DNA of 63,077 nucleotides, the filler included, from Craspedostauros australis (lineage: Eukaryota), in assembly GCA_030167865.1 (NCBI GenBank). It is 7 parts of 7 records of this genome, joined end to end, with 100 filler letters (N's around TTAATTAATTAA, not from the genome) between each part and the next. Parts side by side here need not be neighbours in the genome. Positions count along the whole stretch, not along the records: positions 36,845 to 52,875 come from JALAGF010003067.1; positions 52,976 to 61,667 come from JALAGF010003068.1; 5 more parts are not named here. One strand, 5' to 3'. Of this stretch, positions 47,808 through 59,213 are shown piece by piece. The first letter of the stretch is position 1, and the number at the start of each line of letters is the position of its first letter. A program made the position numbers and the translations under genes. The notes beneath the pieces are model-generated. The model did no database searches, was not told the DNA's origin, and was given only the letters and a program-made list of their open reading frames with translations.

Positions 47808-49337
47808 ATGCATACGTTGACCCGAAGGTTCCACGGATCGTCGCTCATCCCAGCATCAGTGGTGGTGATCGTGCTGGCTTCCCAAAAGAAAGCACTCTCG
47901 ATGTCTGCATCTTCGTCCATGCATTCATCATTGCGAAAGGGTGCTGCATACGAACCTCCTGCCTGGCTCAAAGGCAGATTCACGAACGTGCCAAGCAATG
48001 GCCGGCTGTCCTTGGGAAACTTCCCAACTCCACTGTATAAAGTTCTACAGCCACCGCAGTCGTTGCATCAGGACGTTCAGAAGAAGGATGGTGAAAATGG
48101 CACCGCGGAGGACACGAGCATCCTCGGCACGCTGCAAAGACACGACATCAAATTGTGGATCAAGCGCGACGACATGAGCGGCGGGGTGGAATTGGGAGGC
48201 AACAAGGTGCGAAAGCTGGAGTTTCTCCTGGCGGACGCGTGCGCGCAAGGATGCACGTCCGTCATTACGATCGGTGGCGAACAAAGCAATCACTGTAGAG
48301 CAACCGCCTCCGCGGCACGCATGTTGGGATTGAAACCGCATCTCATCCTCCGCACCAAGAGAGCCGACGCGGTTGCCGTCGACGAGGGCGCGGACAGTTT
48401 TGGAGCCGTCGGCAACATTCTCGTTGATCGCATGGTCGGTAGTTCCATCTACACATGCACGCCTGGCGAGTATGGGCGTTTTGGTTCCGACGCGCTGGTC
48501 AAACGATTGGCGGATCATCTCGAGAAGGAGCATGGGGAGAAACCCTACTGCATTCCTGTTGGTGGATCAAACGGAGTGGGAACGTGGGGATACATCAATG
48601 CGGTGGAGGAACTCCGCCAACAACTCCGGCAAGCGGGAGCAGAGAGCGAACGACAGGATGGAAAGCAAGACAACGATGATGGCAATGCGGTGAACTTCGA
48701 TCACGTCGTCTTTGCCAGTGGAAGCGGAGGAACGGCCGCAGGACTTTCCATGGGCTTTTCACTTTGCCCATCACTTGTTTCCACACGCTTGCACGCCATT
48801 GGCGTTTGCGACACCCCTGATTACTTCTACAAGACCATGGCCAAGATCGTGAAAGAGGATATGGGATACAGTCACAGTTCAACCGATGATGTGTCAAGCG
48901 GCACCAGTGCTGCACCAGATGCCGAGGGCGGCAGTGGTGGCATAGAATCATTCCTTCGACAAAAGGTGACTGTCCACCAAGGCAAGGGACTTGGCTATGC
49001 CGTGAGCACCATGGAGGAACTGGATTTTGTGGAACAGTTCGCTATGGAGACCGGAGTCGTGCTGGATCCTGTGTACAGCGGAAAGGCTCTGTATCATTTC
49101 TTCCAGAACGTGCTGTCGACAACAGATAACAATGGCAATGATAGTGGCGAAGAGGATGATACTGCGCAGACCACCAATCCATATCATGGGAGCAACATCC
49201 TGTTCTGGCACACTGGAAGAGCCTTGGGTTTGTTCGATAAGGTCAATGATCTGCAACTTTCGAAGCAGTCGCCCGTGACGAGGCTCGGGCTCTACGGCAA
49301 GCCGAATGAAGGCTCTCCAGGATCCATCTCCATTTGA
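47808..49337 (+). CDS. dcyD: D-cysteine desulfhydrase / ACC deaminase family PLP enzyme, copy 1
   Basis: KRDD..GGVELGGNKVRKLEFL, GGEQSNH, SGSGGT, GLGYA, LDPVYSGK and WHTG motifs. Confidence 0.92.
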   Translation: MHTLTRRFHGSSLIPASVVVIVLASQKKALSMSASSSMHSSLRKGAAYEPPAWLKGRFTNVPSNGRLSLGNFPTPLYKVLQPPQSLHQDVQKKDGENGTAEDTSILGTLQRHDIKLWIKRDDMSGGVELGGNKVRKLEFLLADACAQGCTSVITIGGEQSNHCRATASAARMLGLKPHLILRTKRADAVAVDEGADSFGAVGNILVDRMVGSSIYTCTPGEYGRFGSDALVKRLADHLEKEHGEKPYCIPVGGSNGVGTWGYINAVEELRQQLRQAGAESERQDGKQDNDDGNAVNFDHVVFASGSGGTAAGLSMGFSLCPSLVSTRLHAIGVCDTPDYFYKTMAKIVKEDMGYSHSSTDDVSSGTSAAPDAEGGSGGIESFLRQKVTVHQGKGLGYAVSTMEELDFVEQFAMETGVVLDPVYSGKALYHFFQNVLSTTDNNGNDSGEEDDTAQTTNPYHGSNILFWHTGRALGLFDKVNDLQLSKQSPVTRLGLYGKPNEGSPGSISI

Positions 49338-50101
49338 GCTTTGGTTTGATCGTTTGAAAGCGCTTACGACAATTACAGTTGGACATGGAGAGTAGCGGAG
49401 GGAATGAGTCTATCCGTCTTCTTACACTCATAGTAACAGTAATAGCAATAGTCTCACGTACATCAATGTGTGGGTGGAGCTGGCAATGGTCTGGAGATTG
49501 TGTGACGCACTCGTATCTCCAGCGAGCTCGTCCTCGCACGACACGTGACATCCAAGAACATGCCGAAGGAGAATTCCAAACGTGTGGATGTGATTGGACG
49601 TGACGGCGAATCTCAGACGCGCCTTCGCCAACAAGACACGTTCTGTCCGAAGCGAGACGTGAGCTCCTCTCGTGGAGGTGGTACGATCAGTTGCCTTCCG
49701 ACCCTCTCCGTTTCTCATCTTGCCTTGCATCTCCACGCACTCAGTGTACTCCGCTCGTATCCATACCATACACGGAGATGCTCCAGAAATCCAAGAAGGA
49801 ACAAGAACAGAAAGTTGAAGTGCTGTTCCACGATGATGAAGAGCTGTCGCCGGGTTTCAGCCTCCGTTTGGAGACATCCGTTGTGCCTCAGTTTTGGTTA
49901 GCGGCTCCATCTTGCTTCCATGCTTTGCTCCATCATCACCAAGCCATGATGGCTGGGTGATTCTGAAGATGCCACAACTCTTCTCTTCTTTTCTTTCGAG
50001 CATCCAAGCAAAGAGACTGCGAGTGATCGACAGCAGACTCCTCTCTCTCTATCTCTTTCTGGAGAATAATCCACGGCAGTTCGACAGTCCAGACAGTCTC
50101 C

Positions 50102-51517
50102 ATGCCCGCGCATTCGTTCCTACGATCATCGCTGCGAACGCCCGCAGCGTACACTCTTCCGGCTTGGGCCCAAGGCAAGTTCAAGAACCTCCCCACCAAC
50201 GGCCGGTTGTCGCTGGGGAATCTTCCAACCCCAGTGTATCAAATCACACCGGCGCCACAAGATGATGTCACCCAAGACTCCACAATCCTTGGCGCTTTGC
50301 GAAAGCACGACATCAAGCTTTGGATCAAGCGTGATGACATGAGCGGCGGGGTGGAACTGGGCGGCAACAAGGTGCGAAAGCTGGAGTTTCTCCTGGCGGA
50401 AGCGTGCGCGCAAGGTCACAAGTCCGTCGTCACGATCGGTGGCGAGCAAAGCAATCACTGCGGAGCCACGGCGACTGCGGCGCGCATGTTGGGCATGAAG
50501 CCCCATCTCATTTTGCGAACGCATCGAGCAGATGACATCGATGCATCTGGTTCCAGCGCAACAACACCAACAACCACCTTGCAGAATGGCATCGCGACGG
50601 ATAGCTTTGGAGCCGTTGGCAACGTCCTCATTGACCGCGTGGTTGGCAGCTCCATCTACGCTTGCACGCCGGAGGAGAATGCGCATGTTGGGTCCCACAC
50701 GATGGTGCAGCGACTGGCGGACTATCTCGAGCAAGAGGAGGGGGAGCGGCCCTACTGCGTTCCCGTCGGTGGTTCGAATGGCCTTGGTACCTGGGGATAC
50801 ATCAATGCGGTGGATGAGCTCAGCCATCAGCTGGAGCAGACAGGGGCACATACAGAAGGTGACGACCGCAGCAGCGCGGTGACATTTGACCATGTTGTTG
50901 TTGCGAGCGGGAGCGGCGGTACGGCTGCAGGACTTGCCATTGGCTTCGCCCTCTGCCCGTCGCTTCAGTCTGTTCACCTGCATGCAATCGGCGTCTGCGA
51001 CAACCCGGACTACTTCTACAGGACCATGGCCAAGATCGTGACGGAAGGCATGGGGTACAGCCCAACAGGTGAGGCGTTCGGAGGTGATGGTGATGCGCCA
51101 TCTGCTGGTGACGACCCCGATGACATGGAATCCTTCCTTCGACGAAGGGTGACTGTTCATCAAGGCCAAGGACTTGGGTACGCAGTGAGCTCGACGCAGG
51201 AGCTCAGGTTCATGGAACAATTCGCAATGGAGACGGGGATCGTCTTGGATCCCGTCTGCAGCGGAAAGGCGCTGTATCATTTCTTCCAGAATGTGTTGTC
51301 GACAACAACCATCGATAGCGCTGGCGAAGACGATGATGCTACGCAAAGTGATAGTCCGTACCAAGGATGCAACATCCTGTTCTGGCACACAGGTGGCGCC
51401 TTGAGCATGTTCGACAAGGTCGATGATCTGCAGCTTCCACAGAACTCACCGGTCACGCGGCTTTGCCTCGACAACGGCTCGAGAAATGATGGGTCTTCAC
51501 GAGGCATCTTCATTTGA
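50102..51517 (+). CDS. dcyD: D-cysteine desulfhydrase family, tandem copy 2 (conserved Tyr replaced by Cys)
   Basis: Same motifs as copy 1, but LDPVCSGK and WHTGG. Confidence 0.9.
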   Translation: MPAHSFLRSSLRTPAAYTLPAWAQGKFKNLPTNGRLSLGNLPTPVYQITPAPQDDVTQDSTILGALRKHDIKLWIKRDDMSGGVELGGNKVRKLEFLLAEACAQGHKSVVTIGGEQSNHCGATATAARMLGMKPHLILRTHRADDIDASGSSATTPTTTLQNGIATDSFGAVGNVLIDRVVGSSIYACTPEENAHVGSHTMVQRLADYLEQEEGERPYCVPVGGSNGLGTWGYINAVDELSHQLEQTGAHTEGDDRSSAVTFDHVVVASGSGGTAAGLAIGFALCPSLQSVHLHAIGVCDNPDYFYRTMAKIVTEGMGYSPTGEAFGGDGDAPSAGDDPDDMESFLRRRVTVHQGQGLGYAVSSTQELRFMEQFAMETGIVLDPVCSGKALYHFFQNVLSTTTIDSAGEDDDATQSDSPYQGCNILFWHTGGALSMFDKVDDLQLPQNSPVTRLCLDNGSRNDGSSRGIFI

Positions 51518-53164
51518 GCCTCGGCGAGCATCGCAACATTGGCATGGATAGAGACAACTGGGTGAAATCCAAATGTGTACTACGAGTATGCGGAACATGA
51601 AGGAAACAAACCGACCGTTTCGCTTAGCGCACACCTCTGCAATTGATTCCACAGCAAAGTAGTATAGCATATTAGTCATACTCTCGCACCCTCTACTCTC
51701 GAGAGAGAGTGAGAGAGTACAAGCGGAGTCCATCATGATGCGGTGCTGCTATTCATGGGCATCCAAGAAACCACAAAACCAAAGTTCCTGCACGAGAGCA
51801 ATTTTGGGCTAAGTGGTGGTGGGAGGAAAGGGTTGTTCCCAAAATGACGAAACACGAACTGACACGCAACACAGCCGCGAATCAGGTGAGAACCAGAAAA
51901 TGTCATTGAATCCACGTCTGGAGCAGAATTGATTACTGCACAGGGTACATACTTAGACTCTAACAAGAGACCGAGCGGACCAAGAGCAGTGTATTAACGA
52001 AGCTAGATACCAATCCAATCAAACAAGAAACAACCACAACAACTTCGCAAGATCGTTTTACAGGTAGACAGTCATATAATAGAATACCTGCGTAGAATAC
52101 ACACCAAAGGCGTATAGCTCGTAGAATACATTTTGATCTGCTGCTGCTGCTGTTACTTCTACTTCTGCGAACGAAACGATAACTTCATTGTACTGCGATC
52201 ACGTGGAGCCTACATGTATAGTACGACAATTGTAGCTCTCGACCCATGCTCTTCCTCTGGAGAGAGAAACGATCGGCGATGATCTTCGATGCTACATGTG
52301 CAGTCTATCGTCGCATGATTGTAACGCAGTCGGAATGTAGGATAGGAACTCTCTATCTATCGATCTATCTACTGCTCTACATTCAATTTAGGCTCCGTGT
52401 GACGCCTTGATTCACGCTGGTCGTGATTGAACTGGTTGAAGTGACAGAATTCTTCTCTCTCCTTTGATCTGTCTTCGTTGTTGTTCCAAACTCGCTCCGT
52501 GTCATGTGGTGAGAGCGCTTGGAGGACGCACAATAGTTGGAAATCACACAGAACTCTGTGGTGTGCTCAAGAACCTTACGTATGCACGACAGACGACCAA
52601 TGTCTACCCAAAGTAGACACAAGGGTAGACTTCTGAAAATGCAGTCTCGAGTTTGATTAGCACAAAAGTGTACATCGTACTTAGGNNNNNNNNNNNNNNN
52701 NNNNNNNNNNNNNNNNNNNNNNNNNNNNNNNNATGTTCGTCCACCATAAAATCACCTGAACTTCTTATCGTAGAGTATACTGGATATCAATGAGCATCAA
52801 TGGCCTCCTTCTCATTGCTACATCCGCACTTCTTCCAACAATTGACATCGTTGAATGGAATAAGAAGCATGCCAGNNNNNNNNNNNNNNNNNNNNNNNNN
52901 NNNNNNNNNNNNNNNNNNNTTAATTAATTAANNNNNNNNNNNNNNNNNNNNNNNNNNNNNNNNNNNNNNNNNNNNGGGAATTGATGCACTCTTGTATCGG
53001 TGCGACCACCATGGGATGAACGCTTCCACATCACTGGGTGCGCTGCAGAAGTGCTGTGTTTCACGGGTAGAGAGGAGTATATAATATAGTATTATATAAT
53101 AGTATTTTACAATGGAGTGCTATCCTCTTTTCTACTCTGGTAACTTTGTTCCTATGAGCCAGAT

Positions 53165-53758
53165 TCATTGCTTGGAATTGGACAGTGACTTCGTGACGTC
53201 GTCATGCTCATTATGGGAGGAACATCGCTGTGTCTGCCTCCGCCGCGTGGGCGTGAATGGAAGTGCGATGGAACCAACGCTGCGAGCGGCTANTACNCTG
53301 CTGGAACTGCTGTTGCTTCTCGCGACTTCGGNTGGCATGAATATCTGCTCGAGATCATCCATGCGCGTCATCTCCAACACATCCGAAATGACGCTAGCGA
53401 TTCTGCGGCTGTGCGAGCCTGCACGAGCGGGTTCGTTGTCACTTTCCATGCCGCTATCGAGGTCGCTGCACTCCATCTGGGATGCTGTTGACGCCGAAAG
53501 CGACATTGGCGGCGATGCGGGAAGCATCATGGGCAGCCACCCTTGCTGGTCCAGGTATTGCTGATGCTGGTGCTGCCGTCCGTGCTGGAGAAGCTGATTT
53601 AGAGAGTTGGGGTGCTCGGTGAGAGCGGAATCCATCGAATCACTGACACTGCCGATGTTGCTGCCGCCAGTGGCGATGGTGTCGCGATTGCGATTGCCGC
53701 TGCTTGGAATGGCTGCGCAGGACGGCGGTGGAGGTGCGTAGCATCGATCCGGATTCAT
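53165..53758 (-). CDS. Small hypothetical Ser/Gln-rich protein
   Basis: ORF from MNPDRC with coding-like composition and an AC-rich leader upstream. Confidence 0.55.
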   Translation of the reverse strand: MNPDRCYAPPPPSCAAIPSSGNRNRDTIATGGSNIGSVSDSMDSALTEHPNSLNQLLQHGRQHQHQQYLDQQGWLPMMLPASPPMSLSASTASQMECSDLDSGMESDNEPARAGSHSRRIASVISDVLEMTRMDDLEQIFMPXEVARSNSSSSXVXAARSVGSIALPFTPTRRRQTQRCSSHNEHDDVTKSLSNSKQ

Positions 53759-55255
53759 TGTCGAGATTCTGTTCTTGCGCTCGAGTTTGGGCCCAAGTTC
53801 GAGCTTGTGCTTGTCCTTGTTGTGTTTGCCTTTGCTGCTGCTGCTGCTGCGAGTGAATGAGTGAGTGAGCGAGTGAGTGGTAGTGGATGTGTCTTGCTTC
53901 GGAGGATTCTGTCTGCGAGTTCGAGTATGGGTATGGTTGCGAGCGTGAGTATCTCCAGCGATGGTGTGGTTGGTCGGAGTCAAGAGATCAGGTTGTGTGT
54001 CGTTTAGTTCTTCTTGGGTTCGTCTCTTTTTGTGCGGAATCGAATTCTTGTGTTTTGTCTCGTCACGCACTGGTCTGACCGAGCAAAGTGAAGCATTGTG
54101 GTCAGCCTTTTTGTTGTTATCATTCTCCCTGTTCTGTGGTTGTTGCGGTTTCGTGAAGCACTTACTACTAATAGGCGTCGCGATTGCGTCCGGTCGAGTG
54201 ACAGAAGGTGGATTGAAGCGCGACGCGAACCGTCATTTGTCTATCTTCACGTAGAAACAATAGTAATGTTGTACGTGCGGTACTTGAGTGCGTACTGCTC
54301 CACGCGTGCCTGTTACCACCAATTGTGCAAATGACAGAACGTACGTGTCACTGGTTGCGTGATTCTTGGCAGATGTTGTGGTGGTGACGTGGTGGCAATT
54401 GCGGAATCTGCTGCGAACATCTGTCCAGTGCACCATGTCTTTGCTTCGTCATTGGAGCTTCGCGGAATGCATTGTCATGTCGCACCTCTGTCGCGGTCGA
54501 AACAGATCGGGAAACAACACGGTGCAACTGTTCAAGATTCAAAGGATCTTGACACTTCCATCCACATCAAGACACATGATTTGGAGAGTGCGAGAGAACA
54601 GGGATCACTGTTGAGGAATGGCGATGGTGTCACCAACAAACAATTGGAAACTTCTGCTGCAGAGTAGGTCGCATTGTCATGTTGTGCCGTTGCTGTCTGG
54701 TGCATGGCGCACAGTGCTGGACTTTCAGCGCGGAGCAGCCGCACAATGGGAGCAGAGAGCATGATCGGCACCCTCTCATAGTATAGTCGTTTGTATAATA
54801 CATACTCGTACCATTGCAATACGATGAATCCTGTTGCGTTGCGTTGGTGCCGACTCCGGATGAAGTGAGAGGCTGGGTCAACGAGAGACAGCCGCACCAG
54901 CGAGTGCATCTACTCGGATGCGGTGCATGCGCCTATGTTGGGCTTTGCGTTTGTCTGCACCTCATGACGCTGCTATTCAGAGATCATCCTGCGACTACAC
55001 CAAGGGCAAACCACACAACCTCAACGGTCGTTCCCTCCTTGGAATCTCGGTCTTCTGAGGTTGCGCACTGCTCGCGCCACAACGTACAATCGCTGGAATG
55101 ATTCGCTACACGAATGTATTATATTATTGTCTTGTTTCTATTGCATCATGCGCGTAGCAGTGTACGATATCATGAGCGTACTCGTGCACTGACCGCCACA
55201 TATCATGCCATACGCACCGCTCCGATTCTTTCTCTGATATCGCCGGCTTTGCAGT

Positions 55256-57925
55256 TCACAACTTTTCGAACAGACCAAACAGCTCTTCTTCGCTCTCGCT
55301 GTCCTCGTTCTCAGCATCGTCGTTCAGCAATTCGGCCAACGCTTGTGCTACGGCAGCCTCCATGTTTGCCTTGGAGTCTGCAGTATTGTTGCCCTCGTTC
55401 GTCTTGGCAGCTTCTCTCTGCTCGCCAGTCAATCCATCGGCCGATGCGTCATCATCGTGCGATTCTTCTTCTTTCTCCGTCATCATAGCACCCTCTTTGC
55501 CCGCTCCTTCATTCCTGACGTACGGGTCCAGATCACGCGCATCAATGACGCAATTCCGTTCTCGGATAGCATCTAGCAAGGCGCCCCAATGGTGGCTGCC
55601 TCGCAGCACGGGCTCGTCGCCCACCAATATCAGCCCTCGCTTCGCTCTTGTGATGGCGACGCACAGCCGTCTCGAATCTCGCAAGAACCCGAGCTCGCCG
55701 AACATGTTCGATCTTACTGCGGAGATGATCACAACCTCTGTTTCTTGCCCCTGGAAGGAATCCACAGTGCCAACACGAACATCGCTGAGCCGATGAAGAG
55801 CCAATTGCGACCGTACTTTCTGGACCTGCTTGGCGTACGGACTGATGACAGCGATATGCTTTGCCTCGACGTCGTTTGCTGTCACAAGATTTTGAACGAT
55901 CCTCGTCACCAACACTGCTTCTGCCGTGTTAGATTTGCCACCGAAACTATGCGTTATCTCCATGTCCGGTCCGACCTGGACGAATGCCAGGTGCTCTCTG
56001 CCGCGTTTTGGCCATGGGAATCCTTTGGGTGGTCTGATTGCTGCGTCCACCGTCTCCTGGGCGCATTTCACAATGCCGTTGTAAAAATACTTCGACGGAT
56101 GCTCCAGCAACGCCGGTGCCATGCGGTATTGCATTGCGAGGGTCCGCTGTCCCAGACCGGCCTTCTCCAAACGTGACATCGGGGAGACGCCGAGAGACTT
56201 GCGGAGGTGGGACGCCGATATGGTTGGAGGGAGTTGCTGGGTGTCGCCGACCATCACCATCTGCTCCGCCTTAGCGGCAGCCAGCGCACACACCAATGCA
56301 GGCTCCGTTGTTTGCGCGGCTTCGTCCAGGACGACCAGCGGGAAGCTAAGGTCACTCAAGCGTTGCTCGACGATCTGGTGCGCACCAATGCAACTCGCCA
56401 CGACCACAGGGGCTATCTGCAGGATGGAAGTCTGAATATCTTGGAGCCGCTGCTTGGTTTCGTGCTCTGCCGTGGCACGGACATTGGCTGGAATGCCCAT
56501 GTCGCGTGCATCCTTGCGTATGCGCTTGAGCTCGGGATGTCGCTCCGCCAAGGCCACGATCGTGCGATGTTGCACACTCGGATGCACCGATGCTGGCCGC
56601 CCGACACGCACCGCAGGCACTCCCATTTGGAGCAACGCGCTCAACAGAACATCCGCCGCACCATTGCTGTGGGTGACGGCCAAAACTCGCGGCATGCTAT
56701 CCGCGTCATCACCGTCGCCACCACTGCCGGTATTCCTCTCATTGTTGCCTCCTCCATTGCGTCCATCGGCGCTATCTGCCTGTTTCTCGTCTCGCGATGT
56801 AACCCTTTTGCTGCTGTTACTTGTGCCGTTGCTGTGCTGCATCTCGTGGAATTTCAGGTACGTTGAGATCATCAAGGCCGCCACCCGGGTCTTCCCTGTT
56901 CCTGGTGGACCTCGGATCGACGAGAGGTTGCGCTGGAGCGACCAAACAATCGCCTGCTTTTGAGATTCGTTCGGGCGGAACGACGTTTGCTCAATGGCTT
57001 TCTCCAGTGCATCCTTCCACTGCTGCTGCTGCTTCGAAGTAGCATCGATGGGGTCGCTGTCGTGGCCATCATCGTCGCTGCTGCTGTGCTGATTCCCGGC
57101 CCTCCTCTCGATGTCAGGTAAGGCATGTCGCTGCGACTTCTGCGTTTTCCCGGGCATCTTGCTCCAACCATCACTGCGAGTATATTGGCCTGCTGCCTCC
57201 ATCGACTGTATCAGATGATTGACGACCTTGCCTCCATGCCCCTTCAGGACTTGCTGCAAAGCGGACCGTTGGGCAATCAACGATGCTTCGGGAGCAGTCC
57301 GATCCATCCTCACGGGATAAGACTCCGGTAACTTTCGCGACTCCCAGAGGCCTTTTGGCCAGGCGGGGCCTGTGCTGACTGTCAGCCATCCCCTTCCAAC
57401 ATCGATCACCAGACACTCCTTCGGTAAAACGTCCAGGTCTGTTCTCAAGCATGTCAGCAGGAGCATGTCGCCCCTTGAGAACTTTTCCTTCAAATTCACC
57501 CACGCGTCTCTTGGCTTGATGATGCGGACGATCTTCTCCCCCAGCACCTCGGAATCGGGCTCAGCAAATGCATCCAAGATGGCAATTCCAAGCTCCTCCA
57601 GTCTGGATCTCGACCATTTCGATTGCCGTTCGCGCAGCTCCTTCGCCTGATGTTCGTGCTCTTCCAATAAGAGCCGGTCCCAATACGCTGCATAGCTCAC
57701 GAGGTCGGGGATCGTGCTTCGAGTGGTTGCGCTGAGATGCGATCTTGATGTTCCGATGATACTGGATGGATTCGAATGGCGCTGCCCTGCGCAATCCAAG
57801 CTAGACTTCGGAACAGCCTGGAGAAAGCAGCTCACAAGGCTGGGGATGAGGAGAAGGCAGAGCACCACCAACGCGACGGCTCCAGCGCGAGTACGTGGGA
57901 CGAGCAGGCTTCCTTGCGGTCTCAT
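55256..57925 (-). CDS. Upf1/IGHMBP2/DNA2-like superfamily 1 helicase with N-terminal signal peptide
   Basis: GPPGTGKT, DEAAQ, VGDTQQLPP, QYRM, ISPY, TVDSFQGQE and VAITRAK motifs; likely ATG at 57925. Confidence 0.92.
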   Translation of the reverse strand: MRPQGSLLVPRTRAGAVALVVLCLLLIPSLVSCFLQAVPKSSLDCAGQRHSNPSSIIGTSRSHLSATTRSTIPDLVSYAAYWDRLLLEEHEHQAKELRERQSKWSRSRLEELGIAILDAFAEPDSEVLGEKIVRIIKPRDAWVNLKEKFSRGDMLLLTCLRTDLDVLPKECLVIDVGRGWLTVSTGPAWPKGLWESRKLPESYPVRMDRTAPEASLIAQRSALQQVLKGHGGKVVNHLIQSMEAAGQYTRSDGWSKMPGKTQKSQRHALPDIERRAGNQHSSSDDDGHDSDPIDATSKQQQQWKDALEKAIEQTSFRPNESQKQAIVWSLQRNLSSIRGPPGTGKTRVAALMISTYLKFHEMQHSNGTSNSSKRVTSRDEKQADSADGRNGGGNNERNTGSGGDGDDADSMPRVLAVTHSNGAADVLLSALLQMGVPAVRVGRPASVHPSVQHRTIVALAERHPELKRIRKDARDMGIPANVRATAEHETKQRLQDIQTSILQIAPVVVASCIGAHQIVEQRLSDLSFPLVVLDEAAQTTEPALVCALAAAKAEQMVMVGDTQQLPPTISASHLRKSLGVSPMSRLEKAGLGQRTLAMQYRMAPALLEHPSKYFYNGIVKCAQETVDAAIRPPKGFPWPKRGREHLAFVQVGPDMEITHSFGGKSNTAEAVLVTRIVQNLVTANDVEAKHIAVISPYAKQVQKVRSQLALHRLSDVRVGTVDSFQGQETEVVIISAVRSNMFGELGFLRDSRRLCVAITRAKRGLILVGDEPVLRGSHHWGALLDAIRERNCVIDARDLDPYVRNEGAGKEGAMMTEKEEESHDDDASADGLTGEQREAAKTNEGNNTADSKANMEAAVAQALAELLNDDAENEDSESEEELFGLFEKL

Positions 57926-58817
57926 CTCCGCACTTTGCAGGTCGCTGCGAGACGTGTCACCGAGTCTGCGATTGTGGAGGTTGGATGGCGACAACAACCA
58001 TCGCAGCACATTGGCAACAGGTTGTGATGGGTTTTGTGCTGGTTCTGTTCTTTGACGTTCCTGTTGTGGGAGAGTGAGCCAACCTGACGTCACCCATCAA
58101 ATTGAGCCTAATCAAGTACCTCCCCGGAAAGACACGAACCCAGGTACGATCATGAGCTGACATCCCGGGCACACGATTAGTCGTACGCGCAAGCCAAACT
58201 ACGAGCACGCTACGAGTAGAGGTGGTAGCTACTCGTTCTATGGCATAATATAATAGGATGTATGGTGGACCAAGCTGCTGATCATGTATGATAGCGATAT
58301 TGGCTGTGGTATGTGGCGAATGCGATGTCGACAGTCAGGAAAGCGGCAGCAAGAAACACTCGCACTCTCTCTAGAGAGGTTGTTGCCAGTCAGAAAACCC
58401 TCAGCCGTGCGACGCTACAAGCTCGTATTTGTCATGTGCACTACAGTTTGCTATTTGTTCGGTATAATTGTTAAGCTCGCCTTGTCCCCCTTCCCTTCCC
58501 TTCCCTTGAAGTTTGCGTTCCTGTCTTTCGATTTGGTATCCTCGTGCCGCACAGACCAAGACAGCCGTTTTGGTCGATCCTGCTCCACCATGCGTGTTGG
58601 ATAATCTCCGATCGTGAGGCACCTGGCTCTTCATTGACCTTGCTCACCATTTGAATCTGCAGCACTCAAGCCCATGCTCATGATGTGCATCCCTTGCTCC
58701 GAATTGCAGTCAGCGCCTTGCGTTGGTCGCCGTTGTCGAAACTTCAGGATTGCTGTCTATTCAGCGACGGTGATGGATTGATCTTGTCCCACCCAGGCAT
58801 TGGGCGCACCTCAACCC

Positions 58818-59213
58818 TCACATGCGAGAGCTGAATCTATCGCTTCCATCTCGGCTGTTGTTCGCTGGCGCGTCGTCGTTCGTGAAGATGCATGATGCTT
58901 CCAGGTCTTCATCGATGATATCTAGAACATCTTGGATGATACTTTGCACCGATACATGCTGTAGCTTGTCAGAAGATATTGCTGTGGAAGATCCGATCAG
59001 TTCCGTCGTGTCAAAGCCAGTTTGTGCAATTGCCTTGCGCCGCGGCGGCGATTCCATCCACGATGATGACAGTTGCAATAACAGCGGGTGTGACAGTCGC
59101 GAAATCCCACTTTGTTCGCTGCCATCTAACTGTGGAGACAGTGGCGGGGACCTATCTGTGTCCCGCAAGATGAAGGCGCAGGGGATCGAAGCTCGAGAGG
59201 TTGGTTGGCACAT
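58818..59213 (-). CDS. Small hypothetical protein
   Basis: MCQPTSRAS ORF with SPPLSP and IIQDVLDIIDEDL; AC-rich leader. Confidence 0.55.
   Translation of the reverse strand: MCQPTSRASIPCAFILRDTDRSPPLSPQLDGSEQSGISRLSHPLLLQLSSSWMESPPRRKAIAQTGFDTTELIGSSTAISSDKLQHVSVQSIIQDVLDIIDEDLEASCIFTNDDAPANNSRDGSDRFSSRM

Noticed and set aside
50126..51388. Long antisense ORFs (also 29786-31462, 4860-5813, 27927-28934)
   Set aside because: Antisense shadows of well-supported GC3-rich genes
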